From the human T2T-CHM13v2.0 reference genome, Homo sapiens, in assembly GCF_009914755.1 (NCBI RefSeq), contig NC_060939.1: a stretch of DNA of 64,000 nucleotides. One strand, given 5' to 3'. The notes beneath the pieces are model-generated. The model was given only the letters and a program-made list of their open reading frames with translations. It made no database searches and had not been told where the DNA came from. Both the position numbers and the translations under genes were made by a program. This document shows positions 47,028 to 62,568 of the stretch, piece by piece (positions within the stretch are counted from its first letter, which is position 1; each line of letters begins with the position of its first letter).

Positions 47028-48169
47028 GCCTGGTGCCCACAGCGGCTCTATACTTATTAGCTCACCATCGACCCTCTTCTGGGCACTGAATACTGGAACA
47101 CTAAGGGGTGGCTCCTGCCCTGTGGCAGAGATGGTCACAGAAGAGTAGAGTGGCTACAGAGTGATACACAGAGGTGGAGTGTTCTGTCCAGCTGCTAGAG
47201 TTCTGCCTCCCAGGCCTGTGATCTGACTTGTTGTGCATGGAAGCTCTATTCTGCACTCCTGGATCCATCTGGAAGCCCATCCTGTAGTCTTAACAGGCTT
47301 CCGAGAGGTGGGGGGCCTGTGGCGAGGGGGTTTCAGTGGGGATGGTAGGTAGGAGACAAGCCATCATTTTACCATACTCCTAAAGAGGAGCCAAATTAGC
47401 CAACTCGTGTCCTCTTTTTTGGCATCTTTTGGCCCATCCTCTAGGAAGGGGGCCAACTGGAAGAGCAAATAAAAGCGGCCATTGCGGTGCACTCCCTGTG
47501 TGCCAGGCACTGCTGTTGGATGTGGAAGTGCATTGCTTTATCTCATGCAGATGAGGAAACCAAAGCTCAGTGAAGCTAACTCATTATCAAGGTCATGCAG
47601 CTATAGAAGAGTTTGGGACCAAGCCTTGGGCCACAGTTCTCGATTCAGCAACCACATTCTTTCCATTAGAACAGCTGCCTCCTGCTTCACCTGTGAATCG
47701 TACAAAAGCAGCAAGATGACCCGGCTCAGCCCTTGAATAATTGCAGGTTATATTTTTCCATCTGTTAAAGAAATCTGTTGAGGTCAGTCTCTGGACGGGG
47801 CAGGGGATCCAGCCGAGGCCCCTGGTTGCATGGCCATAGTTGGGAAGAGGGCAGAGCTGGCAGACATGTGGCACACAGGAGACTGAGGCACACATCTCAG
47901 ACAGAAGTTTGCAAACTGAAGGGTAGTGGGCCACAGCCAGCCTGGAGATACATTTTGTTTGACTTCCAAGTTCTTTAGAAAAATTTTAATTAGGCCAGGT
48001 GCGGTGGCTCACGCCTATAATCCCAGCACTTTGGGAGGCCGAGGCGGGTGGACCACTTGAGGTCAGGAGTTTCGAGACCAGCCTGGCCAACGTGGTGAAA
48101 CCCCATCTCTACTAAAAATAGAAAAATTAACTGGGCATGGTGGCAGGCACCTGTAATCCCAGCTACTCA

Positions 48170-48274
<105 letters not shown>

Positions 48275-48789
48275 TCAAAAAAAAAAAAAGAAAGAAAAAT
48301 TTTAATTAGTTGCTGATATTTAAAACTTAGGAAATTTTACATAAAAATCTAGGTTTCCAGCTTTTCTGAAGGTCTGGTAAGGTTGGACCCCCATTCCGTG
48401 TAGCAGCACGTGTCTGGGGCCTAAGTCTTGCGTGTGAAAAAGGGCTAGAGTAAAAGTAGAAGGCAAGAAGCAAGGGGAGGAGTAGGGAGCATGGGGAGAA
48501 CCCATCTTGATTATTGATGGTCACTGACCCCTAATCTTTGCAGAGCTTTGCACTGCCACGTACTGTGTTTATTTAGTCTTCTCAGCAATCCTGCAAGGCA
48601 GCCCTCTCAGGACTGAGAATTTGTTCGGGGTTGCACAGTGGGTCAGTGATCAAGTGAGGATTCACACACATGTCTTGTGCCCCTTCCAGTCCGTGAAGCT
48701 TGTTTCTTGTCTCCCTACCATACTTTCAGCTGTCATACTTCCACCTGTCATACTTAATTCTTTTTTTCTTTTTCTTTTTTTTTTTTTGA

Positions 48790-48888
<99 letters not shown>

Positions 48889-49154
48889 TGAGTAGCTGGG
48901 ACCTCAGGCATATGCCACCATGCCCAGCTAATTTTTGCATTCTTGGTAGAGACAGGGTTTCATCATGTTGCCCAGGCTGGTCTCGAGCTCCTGTCAGCTG
49001 TTATACTTCTATGTGTTCAGTGCTTTTGGGAGGGGTCAGAGTGGTAGCAGTGCTTCTCAGACACACTTTTGTGAGTGTGATGCTTCAGGACCTCCACGTT
49101 GCCCCATTTTTATCTGGGGCCCCTCTCTGGGCTGGAGCACTCTCACTGGGACTG

Positions 49155-50480
49155 TGTCATTCATTTGTTTAGTCAACAAACATTTATGGAACAACTGCTG
49201 GGAGCTCACCTGACCAGTTGATACAAATATGAATAAGACATGGTCTTGATCTTGAAGATGCTGTCAGCTTGGTGGAAAAGAAGAGCACAAAGACCGGGCG
49301 CGGTGGCTCACACCTGTAATCCCAACACTTTGGGAGGCCGAGGCAGGCGGATCAGCTGAGGTCAGGAGTTCAAGACCAGCCTGGCCAACATGGTGAAACC
49401 CCATCTCTACTAAAAAAAATATATATATATATACAAAAATTAGCCGGGCATGATGGCGGGTGCCTGTAATTCCGGCTACTCAGGAGGCTGAGGCTGAGGC
49501 GGAAGAATCGCTTGAACCCAAGGTTCAAGGTTGCAGTGAGCCAAGATCATGCCATTGCACTCTAGCCTGGGCGACAGAGCAAGACTGTCTTAAAAAAAAA
49601 AGAGAGAAGAGCGCAGAAAGACCCTCATCATCATCATCAAACATCAAACATTGCCATCATCCGACAGTGTCACCAGTGCACTACAAGACATGTGAACAGG
49701 AAATGATGGGCATACGGAGAAGGGCCCTTGCCCAGCCGGGGATTCAGGAAGGCCTCCTGGAGGAGGTGGAACTGAGCCAAGTCTCAAAGGATGAGTGTGA
49801 GTTAGTCAAAAGGAAAGCCTTCTGGGTGGAGGGGACTTCCTGAACAGACCGGAGATGAGAATTGGGCCCTTGAGTTGCAGTTCCATGTCACTTGGTCGAA
49901 CCAAGAGGTGGGTGGGTGGCAAGCACTAGCAAGTTAGGAGCTTGGACGACGGGGTGCTATTGAAGTTTTTAGGCAGAACAGTGACGGCTCCCAGAGAGCC
50001 CTCTGGCTGCAGCATAGCAGCTGGCCTGGAGATGGGAGGCTGGTTGGGAGGCTGCTGTGATGGTGGCCTAGGTGAGAGAGGATGGTGCCAGGCTCAGGAC
50101 TGCGGTAGTGGGGATGGTGAGGGGAATGGATTTGGAAAATATTGAGAGAAAATTGGCAGGATTTGATTATAGACTGGACTTCTGAGGAAGGAGGATGGTG
50201 AGACACCCAGGTGAGTGGTGCCACACACAAACACAAAATGCCAAGCCAGGGAGTGGGACTGGAAGGGGGCGGTGAGGTGGTGGGAGGCACCCACAGAGGC
50301 CCTTCTGCACTGTGGGGTCTGGTGTGTTGGAGGAAGATCTGCACTTGGATGAGGAGATTTGGGGATCGCCAGCATCCGCGTCATTGAAGTGATGAGCATG
50401 GACGTGTGACCCAGGGGCTTGAACGGAGTTAAGAAGAGCAGGGCCAGGAGCGGACAGACCTAGAGAGCAAGAACATTCAG
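49155..50480 (-). mobile_element. L2 fragments
   Basis: TCATTCATTTG..CAACAAACATTTAT tail; CAGGAAGGCCTCCTGGAGGAGGTG; purine-rich L2 body. Confidence 0.55.
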
Positions 50481-52646
50481 GAGCAAAGCCTGAGGCAGGA
50501 GGGTGGTCATCAACACAGATGCTGCAGCCAGGTGGCCCAGGGTCAGGCGGCATCCCCACCACTCCTCCCGGGGATGACTTGCACCTGAAACAGAGGTAAT
50601 AAAACACAGCAGCCTTGTGAGGATGACATGACTTAATCCGTTTAAAGGGCTGAGAAAGTGCTCACATACTTTAGCTCTTTGAGGGCTAGAGGCCCAGAAG
50701 GCATGTGAGGGAGACACGGAGTGATGCTTGAGACTGGGGGCACAGGTACCTAGAGGACGGGGTGGCGTGGCCCGTGTCTGGGGTCTGTCAGCGAGGCGAT
50801 CCCTGGGCTCTTGGCAGGGCTGGCACTGCTGAGCGTGGGGCTGGCTGAGGCCCAACTTCTGTGGAGGAGTGAGTGGAAGGTGAGAGGCAGAGATGGCATG
50901 GGGTGGCTGTTCTCTTTGGGAGCTTGTCTAAGGCAGGTGGAGGGAGGCACAAAAGTTTCTAGAATGGACATTGGAACAAAAACTGCTTTCTGACAGGTAG
51001 AGTTGGTGACATAGGATTTGGTCTCTGAGGAGATGGGGTGGGAAGTTGAGGTTGTTTATGCCTGATGACCCCGATTTCCTTGGAAGAAGTGGAGACATCT
51101 ATAAAAGCAGGAAGGCAGACCCAGGGCAGAGGCCCTAGAAGCCGGGTTGTTAGAGGGGAGCCAGCCCCTGAGCAGAGGGACTGAGCGTGGCCCTGTGTAG
51201 ACCTGTGAGCAGGCAGGCGGCAGGCAGGCTCCTAAGGTGACGGCAGTGGTCTGTGCACCCATGGCACAGGCCCTAGGTCGGGACTGGGACTGCCTGGGGG
51301 TTCTGGCAGAGGCTCTTCGTCTGCCCACTTGGGGCTGTAGCAATGGCTTTCCGGGGCATGCCCCAGGAGCACAGATGCTGTGAGGCCAGGTTCCCTTGCC
51401 CTCGTTGCCACTTTCTTGGTGACCTCAGTCCATGGGAGGACCCTTGGCACACAATACCCCCAACCTCTGCCCAGAGTCCCTGGTCAGGGACTCGACTCTG
51501 GCACTGGGCTGGTGTCAGCAGAATGTGGCCCCCTCCTCCATGCTCCATGAGGAAGAAGTGGCTGCCCTGCCCAACACGGGCCGTGTGGAGGAAGGAAGTG
51601 CACCCAGGTTGGCAGTGTGTCCCAGTTTCCTGCTGACTGTGGCCCTGTCAGCACTCCTGCCCTGGAGGTGGGGCTGCTGCTGGGGTAAGTGGGTCCAAGG
51701 TTCTGGTGACTTATCGTGACATCCCTGGGGACGAAGGGCTACAGCAGCCTTTCAGGAGGCTCTCTGGGGACTTGTCCCGCCCAGACCCCTCTCTGAGAGT
51801 GGGGGAGGCCACTGGCTGCCTCCTTGCATTGGAGGCCCCTTCCCCACCGACTCCACAGGGAAGCTGGTGTTTTCTGGCCTGATCCTGCTGGGGCCTGTAG
51901 AGGGTGGGATGTTAGGGCCAGGTCAGCGTCTTGCTGCCGTGCCCGGAGCCACAGTAGAGAGAAAGGTGGGGTGGGGTTCTGAGTCACAGCGCTGCTGCAG
52001 CTAGCTGGCTGGCCTGGGGTGGGGACTAACCAGGGTGGGGATGGTGCTGAGCCCTATTCCTGTCTCACCCCAGAGAGCTCCAGGCTTCCGGCTGAGTCAC
52101 AGGGAAGGAGGACCCTTACATGGGGCTGAGGGCTGAGTATTCCCACATCACTTCCTACTCAGAACCCCACTTCCTGGGGTGGGGAGTGGGGACCCTGCAG
52201 GTGACTCTTATGTGCCCATTCCATGTGCCGTCTCCCTCCAGGGAGGGACAGGGCAGCCCCAGACCAGCCCCGGTCTGCCTTTTTGAAGGATGATCTGCCT
52301 AGTGGGATGCACTGGCCTTGGTGAAGCCCCTGGCTGAAGCCTGTCGGGGTGGAGGGAGAGGGTTCACCCTGAATGGGAAAACCGGCCGCAGCCTCGGCGT
52401 GCCCTGCTTTCTTCATACTGGACTAACCCACTGGATAGATGGATTTAGAGGATGTCCGAGCAGCACAGGCAGCCCAGGAGAGCGAGCGAGACACTCTTTG
52501 ACACAAGGGAGAGCATAAAAGCTTAAGACTGACCCCAAGGTGCGCCAGCCCCTCGCAGGAAGTAAAGTGCAGAAACACCTCCACCCCTGCACAAAGAGCA
52601 CCTAGGAGTGAGTGCGCAAGCGTGGACAAGCCCTGCGGTACCGTGT

Positions 52647-52672
52647 ACACACACACACACACACACACACAC
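52647..52672. repeat. (CA)n microsatellite
   Basis: About 13 uninterrupted AC units. Confidence 0.9.
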
Positions 52673-54334
52673 CACAGGCAAGCTCAGGCAGGGTCCTTCA
52701 CAGACGTCTGCAGTCACTCTGGAGGTGACCCAAGCACCTGGGCCCTTAGACAGTAACACCACTCACACCGAGCACAGACCAGCTCGCGCCCACAACACGA
52801 GCCTGTGACACGCAAGTCTCTGTTTCTGAGCTGATGCCGTCTGGCTTTGGCCATGAGACCCTCGTGTGACCAGGTGCGTGCCTAAGTTAGAATCGCCCAG
52901 GCTAAGTTCGTGAACCCCCTGGATGAGGGAGGCCCGACTCCCGCAAGGAGCCCTGCCCTTCTGCCAGCTCTCACCGGGCCGGATTTTCCTGCGGGGCTTT
53001 TGGATTTTGTTTTTGAGTCACTCATTGAGTGTTGGTCGCGTGCCAGACACCATGCCACACTGCAAACCATGTGCAACGTTGTTTTAGCAAAGCTGTCTCA
53101 GTAAATGTGGGTTATTATGTATATTATTATTTACATACGTAATCTCATTTTTTCTAATAACAACCCCATGAGGCAAAGTGTTATTATTTTCCCCATTTTA
53201 CAGATAAGGAAAACGGGGCTTTGAGAGGTTAAGTGGCGTGTCCTGGTGGCACACAGCCAGTAAGTGGTAGAGGATGGCTTTGAACCCAGGTCTCTAACTC
53301 TACTCTGCACACCATGGCTTTCAGTCTGACTCTCAGGGCAGAGAGATGAGGCAAGTGTGGAAGGGAAGCCCCAGAAGGGGAAAGCCTGGTTAAGGGGCCC
53401 TTCACCCCCCTCTCCAAGGCACATTCCCCTTTCTGTCCCTTTGTCGTTTCATTCACTCTACTCCCAGCATGGCTGGAGGGCTTGTGGCTGGCTCGTTTGG
53501 AGGCCTGGGCTGAACCAGGGACTGGCTGGTCTATAGGTTTCCCCTCCAGCCGGCTGCACTCTGTAGTGCCCGAGGCAGGTTTCCACCCCTTCTCCCAGGC
53601 GTAAGTGGGATTGAGTTGCCACCTGGGACTGAGGCTTATCTCTGACTCTTGGCATTTCTTTGTCTGGACAGATTCCAAGGGCGGTCTGCTGCCCAGACTT
53701 ACAGGGCCTGCCCAGGTGGAAACGCTCTTTTGCAGGTAGATAAGCACGGGCAACCAGCTTATCTGAACCAGCCCTTGCTTCCAGAGAACTATGGAAAAAT
53801 CCAAAAGATAAGAAGGGACCGCAGTGTCTGTCTTGGTCTCACTCCTCTTGAGACTCCTGTGATCTTTATATGTCTCATTCCTCCCGTGACATGTATGAGA
53901 AACTGCAGCTCATTGAGACGATGTCTCTGCTGCCTGACAGAAGGGCCTACTTGAGGGCCGGGCTCGGTGGCTCAGCCACCTGACCCCCGTCATCCTGTTA
54001 ACTAGTGTCACCCCCACCCGAGGGCTTCCTTCCCCATTTGCTGCCAGGTGTAAAGCTGAGCTTCGGCTGGGCGCGGTGGCTCAGGCCTATAATCCCAGCA
54101 CTTTGGGAGGCTGAGGCAGGCGGATCACCTGAAGTCAGGAGTACGAGAGACCAGCCTGGCCAACATGATGAAACCCTGACTTTACTGAAAATACAAAAAT
54201 TAGCTGGGCATGGTGGCAGGCACCTGTAATCCCAGCTTCTTGGGAGGCTGAGGCAGGAGAATCGCTTGAACCTGAGAGGTGTAGGTTGCACCATTGCACT
54301 CCAGCCTGGGCAACAAGAGAGAAACTCCGTCTCA

Positions 54335-54523
<189 letters not shown>

Positions 54524-54530
54524 CTACTCA

Positions 54531-54635
<105 letters not shown>

Positions 54636-55518
54636 TCAAAAAAAAAAAAAAAAAAAAAAAGGCTGAGCTTCCCCCAAATGGCTGATATGTGTTCCTCCTT
54701 ATGGACATTGAGGATGGAGTAGCTTCATTTCCCATTTTTCTTTGGCCACCAGGAGGCCCAGCACTAAAGGCTCAGCCCTTCTCTACCAGCTGTGCGAAGA
54801 CTCATTGACCTACTCGTGAATTTTTACTTCCTTGCTGATGGAGATGTTTTTCTTCAGATTTGGGTTTTCTCTGCTCCTGATTTTAATGTTTATATTTCAC
54901 TACTTTCTTTTCTTCATGTCTCCCCACCCTTTATGGAACCAGGCTGGGGGTATGTAAAAACACTCCACAGGTAAACACACATGAAGTCATCTTCACAGCT
55001 GCTTGATTGGGCGTGTTGCACTTTTTGCTTCCTCAGCTTCGTGAGACTGTTTGTGTGGTCATAACCCACTGGTCCGCTACAACGTGCCTGAGGGTGGTCA
55101 GGGTGCTGCTCTTTGCTTGTTTTTGTGTTCTCATCAGCTGCTTAGAATTTTAAAAATAATTTCTCTCCAAACCCTTTAGTTACCCAAAGCATAAACAGTA
55201 CCCTGGTGGGTAAGTGTGTGTGTGTTTCTTTTTTTTTTTTCTTTGATTTATATATTTCACATTATATAAGGATAACCTGCTTATTAGAGAATCTAAAAAT
55301 GATAACAAGTAAAAAAGAAAAGAAAGCTACCTGTAATTCTACCAGGGAGCCCATGTTTTAGTGTTTTGTGATACATCCTTCTGGATTTTTTTCCTATGCT
55401 TATATTTTTCCCACAAAAAATAGAATTTGACCATACATACTAAATATAACCTGAATTTTCACTTCATGGTAGATAATTCGTGTCTTTCCTTGTTGTTAAT
55501 CTGCAAAAACAAAAGCTA

Positions 55519-55839
<321 letters not shown>

Positions 55840-56014
55840 TCAAGGATACATGCACGTATATATATATTTTTAAGTATAGAAGGGCTTATTATAAAAAGCA
55901 AAAACGTCTGTCCTCCCTCACCCCAGGCCAATTTAAAAGGGACTTTTAATCATTTAGGGTTCTTAGGGTTCTTGTTCTACCATTATTTCCTCCATTTTTT
56001 TTTTTTCTTTTTGA

Positions 56015-56173
<159 letters not shown>

Positions 56174-57445
56174 TAGTAGAGACGGGATCTCTCCATGTTG
56201 GTCAGGCTGGTCTCGAACTCAGGTGATCCACACCAAAGTGCTGGGATTATAGGTGTGAGCCACCACGCCCAGCCCATTTCCTCCATATTTTTAAGTAAAA
56301 TACTTACACCACTATTTCTTGGCTTATTTGAATTCCTAACTTTCCCTCACTTACATCTCCCTTCCATTCCTCCCCCCAACATATTCTGTCACCGTACTGT
56401 ATTCACTTCCTTTATTGGTTACCTTTGCAATATAAAACAGTACACTTGACCTGTATTTATTATTCCATTAGCCATTGGCAGCAGCTTGTGACAACCCTGC
56501 TACCATATTATGATGTCTGTCTGTCATCAGTTCTGGTTTCTGAGGTCAAAATTGAAAACACTCCCATTCTGTGTAATAACCATCAGTCTCAAAGACCAGT
56601 GCTTTTTTGGGAGGCTGACGCGGACAGATCACTTGAGTTCAGGAGTTTGAGACCAGCCTGGCCAACATGGTGAAACCCCGTCTCTACTAAAAATACAAAA
56701 ATTAGCTGGGTGTGATGGTGCATGCCTGTAATACCAGCTACTTGGGAGGCCGAGGCAGGAGAATCACTTCAACCTAGGAGGTGGAGGTTGCAGTGAGCCA
56801 AGATCATGCCACTGCACTCCAGCCTGGGCAACGGAGCGAGACTTCGTCTCAAAAAAAAAAGAAAAGCCCATGCTCAACATTTGCATTACTCTGTCAATGC
56901 AAATAGCATTCACTGCAGGGCCCACTTAACATTTCCTTCTCTTTGGGTGTAATGTCACTCAAAGGAAAGTGTTAAATGTATTTTCCTTTCTTAATATTCT
57001 ATTATGTGCTCAAAACTCATCACTTTATATTTTAGTTTGCTCGATATTTTGACCATGCCTTTCGTGCCTGTTTTTCTGGAGCTTCTAATACATCATTTTT
57101 TTTCCCAGCTGTATAGTATTCAGTTGGATTGAGGCATCATAATTTATTTTGACAAGGTCCCCTCTGGTTGGACGGACTCTTTGGTTTTCAGTTTTTTATT
57201 AATGTGAAGGGTGCCGTAGTAAGTATCCTTGTACATACATCTCTGCATCATTTCTTATGTAATGTTTGAGAGTCCAGGAATGCTGCTCGCCCATCAAACC
57301 TGATCCCCCTGCCCCCAGCCCCTTGCCATTGCCACCCTTTGCCTTGCTGATTACCTTCCTTTAAACCAGTCCATCTAAAGGTTGGTGTTAAGAGGCTTCC
57401 CATGGGAGGGGTGGCCCCAGGTAATACCCATCTTCCTCTCCCCAG

Positions 57446-57609
57446 GCTCTGAAGAGCGGCCATTCCTCAGATTCGAAGCTGAACACATCTCCAACTACAC
57501 AGCCCTTCTGCTGAGCAGGGATGGCAGGACCCTGTACGTGGGTGCTCGAGAGGCCCTCTTTGCACTCAGTAGCAACCTCAGCTTCCTGCCAGGCGGGGAG
57601 TACCAGGAG
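57446..57609 (+). CDS. SEMA4B: SEMA4B coding exon 2 (GSEERPFLRFEAEHISNYTALLLSRDGRTLYVGAREALFAL...EYQE), start of Sema domain
   Basis: Pyrimidine tract + CAG acceptor, donor GAG|GTGAGA; 164 nt restores frame; LYVGARE semaphorin motif. Confidence 0.97.
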
Positions 57610-57773
57610 GTGAGAGATGTTGCCTGGAGCTGGCTAGGCTGGGCAGAGGACCACAGAGGGAAGATGGACGGGAAGCTTGACCTTCTGGGTCCAAGGATGA
57701 TGCCTATGGGAGAGGAGGGAGGCTCAGCAAACCCTCCATTTTGTCCACTACCTTCCCCTTTCTCACTCCCCAG

Positions 57774-57836
57774 CTGCTTTGGGGTGCAGACGCAGAGAAG
57801 AAACAGCAGTGCAGCTTCAAGGGCAAGGACCCACAG
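57774..57836 (+). CDS. SEMA4B: SEMA4B coding exon 3 (LLWGADAEKKQQCSFKGKDPQ)
   Basis: AG/GT boundaries, 63 nt, phase 0; C-x-x-KGK Sema motif. Confidence 0.96.
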
Positions 57837-58424
57837 GTGAGCCCACACCTGGAAGGGAGCTGAGCTGCAGGAGGGATGGAGGGTGGTGGACTTCCATCCA
57901 GGCCAGAGGCAGGAGGTGGGAGCAGATACAGCCAGGTATGGTGGGAAGGGCATAAGCTTCTGAGATTACCCGGCCTGGGTTTGAATCCCAGCACTACACT
58001 TACATCGCTACGACCTTCGACAAGTAGATTCACCTGTCTAAGCCTTAGTGGGCCCACCTGTAAAATGGGGATAATGATCCGGTCTCACTGGGCTTACAGT
58101 GAGGATTCAGGAAGCTAATAGGTGTAAGGCACCTGGCTCATAGATACAAGACCTAACAAGTCAGCTTCCAGCGTGAACAGAGATTGGGTGGGGTGAGAGT
58201 TGTGTCCCTCTGCAGATGGTTCCTGATGTAGCACATCTGACAGATTCTGGTGTGGTTTTGGCCAAAGCACAGGATGAAATCTGGTTCAACCCAGGTTCTC
58301 CTGGAGGACTCATCATCATCCCTAGAGGCCTCCTGCTCCTGCTCCTAAGTGCAGCAGGTGCTGGGTAAGGTGAGGGCAAAAGAGTGCTGGACTTGGGATC
58401 AAGACACAGGTTCAAGTCCTGGCT

Positions 58425-59410
<986 letters not shown>

Positions 59411-59800
59411 GGGTTCAGGGCTGAGCAGTCCTCCTGCTCTGGGCTGTGGCTTCATCAGCTCCCAGCTTGGTTGGGAGGGGCCTGTGGCTTCTGAAGAGGA
59501 TGCTGCTGGGGAATAGTACAACTCAAAGGGGTAGGATTCTGTGCCCTCACCCCTAGGCCGAAGGAAAGTTTGCCAGTCACAAAACTAGCTGAGCCCCTGG
59601 GCTCCCTGCAGCACACACACTCTGTGCACGCTCCACTGTGCCCCAGAAAACCCGTGGGTTCTTTGTTCCTAGACTTGAGTGCCCCATCCCCAGTCCTGGG
59701 AGCAGAGGCCGGGCCTGGGTGTGGAAGGGGGGGGCTCGGCGGTGCCCCCTGGTGGCATGCTTGGGCGTGGGACTGATATCCCCTCGCTCCTTCCCCCCAG

Positions 59801-59899
59801 CGCGACTGTCAAAACTACATCAAGATCCTCCTGCCGCTCAGCGGCAGTCACCTGTTCACCTGTGGCACAGCAGCCTTCAGCCCCATGTGTACCTACATC
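59801..59899 (+). CDS. SEMA4B: SEMA4B coding exon 4 (RDCQNYIKILLPLSGSHLFTCGTAAFSPMCTYI)
   Basis: CCCCAG acceptor, GTGAGT donor, 99 nt; CxNYI and CGT-AF-P-C Sema motifs. Confidence 0.97.
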
Positions 59900-60204
59900 G
59901 TGAGTGACCTGTCCTCAGCCCTGAGGCTGACCTGGGAACTGCCCCTCTTTCTGCCCCAGGGATCCTGTTCTGTAGCATAGACCCCTGAGGAAAGGCAGGG
60001 CCCAGAGGGAGGTTTCTAGGTACCACTGGCCTCCAAGAGCCCTGAGGTCCCACACCCTGGCACAAAGCGCAGCCCTGACAGCCATGTCTCCCTGTGCGGG
60101 GAGGCGGGGGCACATGCGGTCACTTACCCATGAAGATCCTGTGCCACCCAGGCCTTGCTGCCCTCTTCTGCTTCTTCCAGCATCTCTCCCTCTCCTTTGC
60201 TTGA

Positions 60205-60582
<378 letters not shown>

Positions 60583-60989
60583 TAGCCAGGATGGTCTTGA
60601 TCTCCTGACCTCGTGATCCACCCGCCTCGGCCTCCCAGAGTGCTGGGATTACAGGTGTGAGCCACCACGCCCGGCCAGGCTCACATCATTTTCTAAGCCT
60701 CACCTCCTCCGCCAGGTGGGTCTGATAATGTGTCCCGCGTCGGGTCACTGTGAGGCAGTGTGGCACTGTGTCTGGGTGAGGCCTCTCCTGAGGCCGACTG
60801 TCCAGGTTCAAACCCTTCGGCACCGTGTCCTGGCTGAGGAGGACGGCGTCCCTGACACCTGACCCCTTCTGTCCCACACACCTCACCTGCCTGCAGAGTT
60901 GCCTTCTCCTGCACGCCTCTCTCTTTCTCACCAAGCCTGCTCCTCATTCCCTGGAGTGCCCCTGAGCCCATGTGTCCGCCCTCCTGCAG

Positions 60990-61101
60990 AACATGGAGAA
61001 CTTCACCCTGGCAAGGGACGAGAAGGGGAATGTCCTCCTGGAAGATGGCAAGGGCCGTTGTCCCTTCGACCCGAATTTCAAGTCCACTGCCCTGGTGGTT
61101 G
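60990..61101 (+). CDS. SEMA4B: SEMA4B coding exon 5 (NMENFTLARDEKGNVLLEDGKGRCPFDPNFKSTALVV)
   Basis: TGCAG acceptor, GTGAGT donor, 112 nt; GKGRCPFDP motif. Confidence 0.97.
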
Positions 61102-61374
61102 GTGAGTGTTGAGGGCAGGATGGGTTCATTGAAGGTCCATGTAGGGGCACACAGGGCTAGAGGGCTAGCTTTGGACAGGCTGAGTCCATGCCATGCTTAT
61201 TTCCAAGGGGACAGAATGGCCAGGGGCTTGCCTTGGGTTTGGTTTTTCCAAGTTCCAGCTTCCTTCTCTGCCCACCACAGGCAAAACGGGCAGTGCTGGG
61301 GTCACTCTGGGCCCTGAGCAGGGAGAAGGGGCCGTGCTGAGGAGCCCATTCCCATGGGAATGTTTTCTTGGCAG

Positions 61375-61488
61375 ATGGCGAGCTCTACACTGGAACAGTC
61401 AGCAGCTTCCAAGGGAATGACCCGGCCATCTCGCGGAGCCAAAGCCTTCGCCCCACCAAGACCGAGAGCTCCCTCAACTGGCTGCAAG
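61375..61488 (+). CDS. SEMA4B: SEMA4B coding exon 6 (DGELYTGTVSSFQGNDPAISRSQSLRPTKTESSLNWLQ)
   Basis: GGCAG acceptor, AAG|GTGAAG donor, 114 nt; DGELYTGT motif. Confidence 0.96.
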
Positions 61489-61621
61489 GTGAAGTCCTCT
61501 TGCCACCACCCAGAGGGCAGGGATCCTGTTCACCCAGCCCTAGAAGGGGGCACTTTCCCCCAGCTTGGCCTGTCTCCAGGGTTCCTGGGCTGACTCTGAG
61601 CTCCTGACCTGGTCCCTACAG

Positions 61622-61773
61622 ACCCAGCTTTTGTGGCCTCAGCCTACATTCCTGAGAGCCTGGGCAGCTTGCAAGGCGATGATGACAAGATCTACTTTTT
61701 CTTCAGCGAGACTGGCCAGGAATTTGAGTTCTTTGAGAACACCATTGTGTCCCGCATTGCCCGCATCTGCAAG
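61622..61773 (+). CDS. SEMA4B: SEMA4B coding exon 7 ([51 protein letters not shown])
   Basis: TACAG acceptor, AAG|GTGAGG donor, 152 nt; DDKIYFFF.E and SRIARICK motifs. Confidence 0.97.
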
Positions 61774-61915
61774 GTGAGGGGAACGGGCTGACAGGGTGGC
61801 CACCCCAGGGACCTCAAAGCCTCCACAGCTGCAAGATCACCCACATCCATGCATGGCCTTTCCCATCCCCCAAGGAGTGCAGCTTGGCTAACAGCTTTTC
61901 TCTCTCACCTTTTAA

Positions 61916-62077
<162 letters not shown>

Positions 62078-62466
62078 TGAGACTACAGGTGTGCGCCCCC
62101 ATGCCCAGCTAATTTTTGTATTTTTTGTAGAGATGGGGTTTTACCACGTTGCCTGGGCTGGTCTCAAACTCCTGGGCTCAAACAATCCACCCACCTCGGC
62201 TTCCCAAAGTGCTGGGATTACAGGCATGAGCCACTGCACCCAGCCTTTTTTTTTCTTTTTTTTTTTTTTTTACTTAAAAAATGTGAAAATAGCCGGGCAT
62301 GGTGGCTCACGCCTGTAATCCCAGCACTTTGGGAGGCCAAGGTGGGTGGATCACCTGAGGTCAGGAGTTTGAGACCAACCTGGCCAACATGGTAAAACCC
62401 CATCTCTACTAATAATACAAAAGTTAGCTGGGCGTGGTGGTGCACGCCTGTAATCCTAGCTACTCA

Positions 62467-62568
<102 letters not shown>

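Noticed and set aside
46576-47040. 154-aa minus-strand ORF
   Set aside because: Antisense shadow of the RPS12 retrocopy.
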